This document shows positions 57,301-64,000 of a stretch of 64,000 nt of DNA, piece after piece. Source of the DNA: Zygnema circumcarinatum SAG 698-1b (lineage: Eukaryota; Plantae; Zygnematophyceae); assembly GCA_037447605.1 (NCBI GenBank), contig CM074806.1:2604001-2668000 (forward strand), in the 5' to 3' direction. Below the pieces are notes generated by a model. The model searched no databases, had not been told where the DNA came from, and was given only the letters and a program-made list of their open reading frames with translations. Each line of letters opens with the position of its first letter. Within the stretch, counting starts at the first letter, position 1. A program made the position numbers and the translations under genes.

Positions 57301-60300
57301 CTAACAATATATCCTAAAGGCCCTGAACCCTCGCGAGCCTTCAGGCGGTGTGCAGGCGGTGTGCTTCAATGGGCGAGCCGCAGAGCCCGCCGCCAATTAC
57401 GGCAGAAGGCTTCCATGCAGAGCCGCTCAGATTTCCGTTCTTGCCGTCATCATCAGGCCAAGACAAGACACTCGCATTCATGGGAACGTGCCACATGCAT
57501 CCATGCATGTGCATGCATGGATAGCATGCATACATGTATGCATGTATGTTGATCGAGATACATGCGCACTGTCATCCAGCCATACATGCTGCACACGTGA
57601 ATGTATGCTTGTGCACAATACGCACATATACATACATCGGTACTCATGTACATCTATTTCAAAAAGTTGGGACCTTTTGGGAGAGAAGTTCAGATTGAAA
57701 ACTAAGTAGCAGTCATCTGCAGGTGCACCAGCGAGAGGAAAAAGGCGAAACGCCGCTTCCTCAAGGGCACTTCCTTCATCAGGAGAGTTTTTTGACATCA
57801 TCTTTCCTCCCCATGTAGCCCACTTTCTCATGCAGTTTCCAGTATATAACTTCGAATAAAGCGTCGAATCCCAACTTGAATGTATTACTACTGGGTTTTT
57901 AGGGTTTTTAGCCATTACTCCGCCACAAGACGGTGTGCCCTGCAAGAACGCTTATGTGGAAAGTATGGCAAGCATAAAATAATGGCTATTCCTCGGGATT
58001 CCTGAAACACCTGAAGTCCTAAGAGAGCACTAAGGTAAAAGATCTCTCATTCCGCTTAAGTTTAACCATCATGCACTGGTCATTACGAAACAGCATTTCG
58101 GGAAAGTCTGACGAAAGAACTATTAGAATGCCCTACAAGACCGAACCTTAGAAACTTGAATGCAATCGAGTCATGAAGACGCAACTGCGATCGACACTTA
58201 CCGCAAGCAGCTCCTTCACCAAATCCACCAACACATCCAGGAGGGCCCATATTCTCTCCCCTCTCCTGCTCCTTCCCTCCTCCTCCTCCTCCTTCACATT
58301 CTTGGAGATGCCTGTCCCACTCCTCTCTCCCTTCCTCTCATCATCCCGTTCGGCGGTCAGTTTAATGATTTGACGAGTTTGAGGTGCTTCTCCACCTCCT
58401 TTAAGTATGTTGCTTTGTGAAGAAAATGCATCTTTATGAGGGTCAATAATTCCTCTGGTGATGGCGATGATGCAGTCTGCAGCAGCGAGGGTGAGTCGGG
58501 TAGGCATCCGCCGCTTTCCCTCCTTCACACTGCAAAATGAACGTATATGCGAATCTGGTACATTCTAAGAGAACGACGTAATGTATGTACATAAAACGTG
58601 TACATATACGTGTAGGGCTCTCCAGGCTTTTATTCGATGGATATTTGAGAATTTCATTCGTACTAGCTTGGCTTGCTTTGCAGAAAAATGATGCAGTGCC
58701 TACTTTCACATTGATGAAATCTTTATCTCCTGAAGGATAAAGAATTGCAGGCATTCTACGGCAGATAACAGAATAAATAAATCAAATATTTTCCAGCATT
58801 TCAAAAATTTCTAGGGTTTCAGCATTGTCACAGGTTTCATATTCTAGGGTTTTTGAAAGAGATAGCCCTGATAATTCACCTTTGAGTTTGGACCACATGT
58901 ATGAGTGATGGAATGGCTGCAGTAAATAGCTCTGCACATGGAACCTCCTCCATTGTAACTTCCCCAGTTGTGAAATCCCCAGGATCAACAGGTTCTATGC
59001 TGTGAGCCGTTCCTGTTGCATGTATGGCAAAACGGCGAGCACGGTTACATGATCCGATTTTTTCATCAACAACATAAGTGCAAGTTAACTAGGAGCAGAT
59101 AAACGCAAAAATCAATACACCCCCAAACGATGCAATGAAGAGGTTTTTGGTCTGTTTGGAAAGAATTTGACCCTGTGGACTTGCAACTTTTGAGTTCCGG
59201 GGTTTCGAGCATTTGAAAGCTTGTTCGCTATGGAACTTGAGGATCCGTTAACTTTAAGGGGAGCGTAGATTAAGAAAAGGGAGGGGGCGAGAGAGCGAAA
59301 AGAGAGAGAGAAGGACGAGAGAGAGAGAGAGAAGGGGGAGAGAGGAAGGAGAGAGAGGGGAGAGAGACCTACTTTTTGCTTGAACAACAACAGCATGATC
59401 TTCCACAAGCCCCCTCATGAGCAGACAGCCGGAAAGCAGCGCCTTGCGGTTCCTCTCACGCTCTGAAACGACCGCTATCAAGCTCTCTACCAATGGCCCT
59501 CCGCCACCTGGCAGCATGCCATTGGCTCCTGCCAGCAGCCACGTGAACAGACCAACCAATTGCCTTCTTTTTGACGATTGCCGCGACCCCCCTTCCACCT
59601 GCAAACGTGTGGAAGAAACAGGAAACTTGGGACAAGGTATTGTAAAGCTTTCAAGCTTTTTACTACCTTTTTTTAATTTCTAGAGTGGATTCTAGGACAA
59701 TTAGTGTTCCAGTCAAGTCAGGGTTTCATTGAATGTTTTGAGTAAGTTGGGAATCGACATTGTTGTAGCTTTTAGGGTTAAGTGGCGGTTTACATGGCCT
59801 AGAAAGGCTCCACAGAGCACATCTGCATGATGGGAGCAATGCCGAAGCAAAGCCGCCAGAGCTCTTCCCACCGTTCCTGCACCCCAAGTCCTCGCATCAT
59901 CAGCGGGTAATTGGGGTCCTGCTGCTTAATATTTTTTTCCAGCCTTTTAGGTTCCTTAAGAATTCAGAAGATTTCGGGTTCTAGCGAATCAAAGGCTTCG
60001 GAAAATCTCAGGATATATCTTTCCTTTGGGGATTCCAAGGTTATCCGGGTTTTGGGGTCTGAGGTATGGGCACGAGGCTTCTAAGTTATCACACCGTTAC
60101 ATTAATTCAATTCTTGTTGTTGAGTCTACTGTAAATTAAAAATTACTTTTATTATCTTTGGCTTCCTTTTCCATTTGGACCTTGACAAAAAGGTGGCCGC
60201 TCAGATGCTTCCATGCTCTTGGTTGGGTGGGAATGTGAGACCCTTCTAAAGTTTTCCAGAACTTAGTGTTTCAGACCGTTCAGGACATTGGATTTCAAGA

Positions 60301-60808
60301 ATTATAGGTCTGTAAATTTTCAAGTTTTTCAAATTGTAAGTGCAGCTAATTTTTATTTATGATCACCGAATGGTTTTAAGGTTAGTGGAATTTCGCAGCC
60401 ACCAAAAATTATGAATACGATTGTATCTGAAATTCACCAGCTCCCTCGAATTCAGTAATCCTTGTTTGATCAGCATGACGAAAGGGTTTAGCATGTTGAA
60501 GCTACTTTACGGCTTTAAAACACTTGAAATATTATAAGAGTTTTTGTGTTTTAAAAAGCTAAGGATTAAAAATTTCGGCATTTAAAAGTTCAAAATTAAA
60601 TTTCTAGTGTTGCTTTGAAGATTTGCGACACTTTCAACATTTCAAATATCGAAAGTAAGACTCGCAGGATGCGAAGTCAACCTTTCTTGTGCAGATTGGC
60701 CCTCTCCTGCAGCTGCTGCTCGAGCAGCTCCGTCTCCGCGTTCAGAAGCGTTCGAAAAACGCCCGGAAGGGGCGGGGCTTCGAACCTTTCAGCGGTCTGC
60801 CAAGCCAT
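51366..60808 (-). CDS. Large multi-exon ARM/HEAT-repeat protein resembling Arabidopsis At3g57570; 100-N gap at 56711-56810; boundaries approximate
   Basis: Collinear exons: TVGRALAALL; LTLAAADCIIAIT; ALYADGLKQVLLRL; VRSAATNALSVLFKEH; WPAVVDLLLNRMWLDPAN; TFSRLSPLLVLKVLPLSVF; LLPRMAAELEGAVAAMDDLKAKALLFTIC; VLFISAHRL; ERLAGGKLLTALLAS...DSSPDLRALCAQLAACL. Similarity is from memory, not a search. Confidence 0.75.
52065..52300. repeat. (GAGAGG)n purine hexamer tract in an intron of the ARM gene
   Basis: Read directly; a similar tract lies at about 1575-1630. Confidence 0.95.
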
Positions 60809-62045
60809 GGCGCGGGCACGCCCCGACTGCAACTGCTTTGGATCCCCCCGCCCTCTCTCTTTCCCACTCTTTCCAACGTCCGGATTGAAGGCTTTCAGCA
60901 GCAAGAGAGGCTTTGGGAAACATTTTCTTGCTGCATTTTCTCTCTGCTTAATGCAAATTGCAGCCCAACTCCAATTCTTTTCGACTCCGCGTCTAGCCGC
61001 CTCAATCGCGCAGGTCCGAAAGGAGGAAGGGGTACGGCACAGTGCCGTACATCGTCACAGCTAGTCCAGGCAGCCTCGGTTCACAACTGTGAAGGGCTGC
61101 ACTTTCGGTTTTAGGGTTTTCACATAATGGTTTCTCCAAAGTCGATTTGTGACAAGACCGACTTAGAATCGTGCTTTCATTGTCGATGCAGGGTTCATGG
61201 AGATGAAGAAACTTCTCGAGGTAAACCAAGGAGTTCAGGGAACGGAGAAATCAACGAGTGCGCTGAAGCATACACTTTGTAATCCCTCCACCCCTCCCCC
61301 CCAAGCAGGCCCCTGTGTGTGGCTCCTCAAGGGCCTCCTGGCACCAATGTGGAAATGTAATGGGGGATACGCTGTAGTTTTCAGGGTTCAAGAGTTCCAC
61401 TGTTTAAGAATTTCAGGATGCATTTGCAAACATGTATATGAATTACTAGCTAGCTCAACTGCTGGCTCGGGTTGGATCGGTAGTTGATGAAGGTAAGTGC
61501 GGCAGTGGCAGAAGGGTGAGGCTAGTGGCATAGAATTGTCCTGAAGGAAGAAAGGGAAGGATAGCGAGCGGAAGCAGATAGGCGGGAGGGGCAGCGAAGA
61601 TCAGTCGGACTAAGTCACACACAAACCCAGTTGTAAGGAAACCGACCATGTGCAAAGATGTTGCTGCCAGTTAGCCATTCTGCTTCTTCCATGTGAAACG
61701 CTCTCATTGACTTGTTGAAACTCTAATCGGAGATTAAGCGCACTATTAAGCTAGACTGTCTCACGCGCAAGGAAGGGAATAAACCCTGTCAAAAAACCAT
61801 CCCAGCATCCATAATAAAAATCCCACATTACAGCATCAAGTCGAGCTAACCTCGGGTCAGATAGCTTGAATCCCTTCCACAGAGCCCATATACACTGTAG
61901 GCGCTGTAAACAGCTTTCAAAGCTAAGGAAGAATTGTCATCGTGCTTTCCGGTACATCTAACTGGTCTCTCAGAGATGGGAGATAAGAGGACGGGTGAGG
62001 CAAACAGCAGTATTTAGTAAACATTCGGCTCAGATTAGCAAGGGA

Positions 62046-63798
62046 TTAATTTGCCAAACTGGGTCTCCTGCAGAACACCCAACCCCGAGCGGGACACCAC
62101 GATCAGCAACTCAGAGGAAAGAGGAATAATCAGTTGAAGCCTAAACATCCCTAAAGACGCTAAGTTGAAAGCAGAATCCACAACACAACAGCACAGCAAG
62201 AAATGACATTCTTCTGATGAGAATTCACCTCTGTACGTGGTCAAGGATGAGCAGCCGGGGCCCAGGAGGGATCTTCACTTCTTGAAGCGCACTGCAATTT
62301 ACGACAAGTTTGAAAAGACAAAAACGAATTTCTTCTGGATTGAATCTCTCCCAAAGAAATAGGCAATACACAGCAGATCAAGGATTGCATGAGAAAATGG
62401 ACGTCATGAGCGTGATGATAATGACAAGACATGCATCCCAGTCCTAAAGTCACTAATAACCCATCAAAAGAGAAATGGGAACCAAAATTAAACTGATGTC
62501 AAACGTAGTAAAGGTTCACACTTTGCCCAAAAACAAGAGAACAAGACAGTAACTCTCTTCCGGGATGTAAAAATGCAGATGGGCTCTGCACAGCAGGATG
62601 CAAGGAGGGTAGCTCATTGATTCTCATGATTAAGGCGTCAAGTCAAATAAACGCTTTCTGAAAGGCTGAGTTCTGTCCTCACATGCGGCAGCTTCTTCTG
62701 CAATGCAAGCGTCAAAACCCTCTCTGATGTCATGCCACAATCAGCAACTGTGCTCCTGATAGATGCTTCCACGACAGAATATGAGGAAACTTAACCTCGG
62801 CCTAAAAAGTCACTGCGGACTCTGCTAAGAACCAATACAGCCTCACCACATGGCTGGACAGCCTCACCTGTCGTTAAGAAGTGGCAGTGTTTGGTCTGTA
62901 AGCAAGCCCTTCTTGAAGTTTTTCTCGTACTTCTGCAGGCCAAGATTACTGAGCATGCTCTTTGTTCGCATGTAGTTCAGGTCATCAGCTGGCTGTTGAC
63001 TGAATTGTTGACCAACCTGCACCAATTCAATGAGCGAAGAAGCCATCAACATGCAATTCACTGAACTTGAGCCACGAACCACTCTCTTTCTTTCTTCTCC
63101 CCTCCCGCCATTTTCCCCCCTTCGTTCTCTAGTTCTCTTTACCACTCCAAAGACAGTAAATCGCCGTCACTGCTAATTTCGTGGAAGGTCGGATGTCGTT
63201 ACCTTATATATGCCACCCTGTATGAGTGCAAAAAATATGCCGGTCGAAATGGCATTGGCAGCAGGATTGGGGCCTCCCATTCCGCTCACAAAAGAGAATG
63301 CAAGGCCGGAACCAAAAGCTGCAGCCATGCTGCAAGCAAAGAGTACGGGACAGGTAATTGTCATGCAATGGGCCTGAATGGAAGTGACGCACCAGGGAGT
63401 TACTTGCCTTCTACGAAATATGATCAAGAAGAGAAAATCTCTCTCTCCCTTTCAATTTCGTTAAACAGAGGAAGCAAGATGGCAAGATGACAGGTGACTC
63501 GCTAAATCGCCTGAGATTTCTTTCACTAAACGAGAAAAGATAGAAGGCTAAAGACCAGAGGAAAAATTGACTATACATATTTCTTTTTCGTCCAAAAAAA
63601 ATCTAAAATTCCACTAATACGAATCCTGCAAGATATGGAAGTGAAAATCTCCCAAGTGCAAGCACTACTAATCACTCACTTGGTCTGAATGTCATCTACT
63701 CCCCCTCGCGCCCGCTTCATTGCTGCGGTGATTCCTGCATTGATGCCGGTCATAACCGCGAAATTCCGCGCCTGAGTCCATGGACCTCCCGCCAGCGC
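62046..63798 (-). CDS. HP30: Tim17/Tim22 (PRAT) family protein with C-terminal SAM domain (HP30 / TRIC-like), 3' part; 5' end beyond window
   Basis: QALAGGPWTQARNFAVMTGINAGI; SMAAAFGSGLAFSFVSGMGGPN; TKSMLSNLGLQKYEKNFKKGLLTDQTLPLLND; SALQEVKIPPGPRLLILDHVQR. The final exon (62067-62046) is tentative. Confidence 0.9.
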
Positions 63799-64000
63799 CT
63801 GTTTCCCCCCAGCAAAACAAGTAGTGATCAGAAACACAATAAGTAATGAAAGTAATAAATCCGGGAAAATAATCAACTTTCTTTGTCAGCAAGTAGAAGC
63901 TCAAAAACTTGAAAATGTATGCGTGCGCGTGCCTTGTGTTCCAGCAAGACAAAAAGGAGCATAAAAATGGCCCTGCTCCAGCCTCAAACAAATAAAGACG

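Overview
Intron-rich eukaryotic DNA. The gene set (group-I TRF-like protein, group-C-like bZIP, root-cap domain protein, HP30/TRIC, Arabidopsis-type telomere motifs) suggests a streptophyte green alga or early-diverging plant; this is inference. Hand-spliced gene models with consistent intron phases, in order: 3' part of an ATC-hydrolase-like gene, a TRF-like telomere-binding protein, a bZIP factor, an inositol polyphosphate kinase (ITPK), three tandem copies of an orphan ~200-aa putatively N-myristoylated protein, a secreted Ole e 1-like/root-cap protein, a secreted Cys-type glutathione peroxidase, two tandem PNGase A genes, a long ARM/HEAT-repeat gene, and the 3' part of an HP30/TRIC (Tim17/22+SAM) gene. 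The most unusual region is about 20.3-34.0 kb. It is a threefold tandem segmental duplication in which each unit carries the orphan gene (+), the last exon of a second unrecognised gene (-) and the last exon of the GPX gene (-). A 5.9-kb root-cap gene block replaces part of unit 3. Other notable items: the GPX has a signal peptide, lacks the canonical resolving Cys and carries a 4-Cys insertion; a ~85-110-bp SINE-like family has at least 8 copies, with TSDs and one filled/empty-site pair; there are several non-autonomous DNA transposon derivatives and an (CCATGAGG)n array. All family assignments come from motif recognition by eye; no database searches were run.
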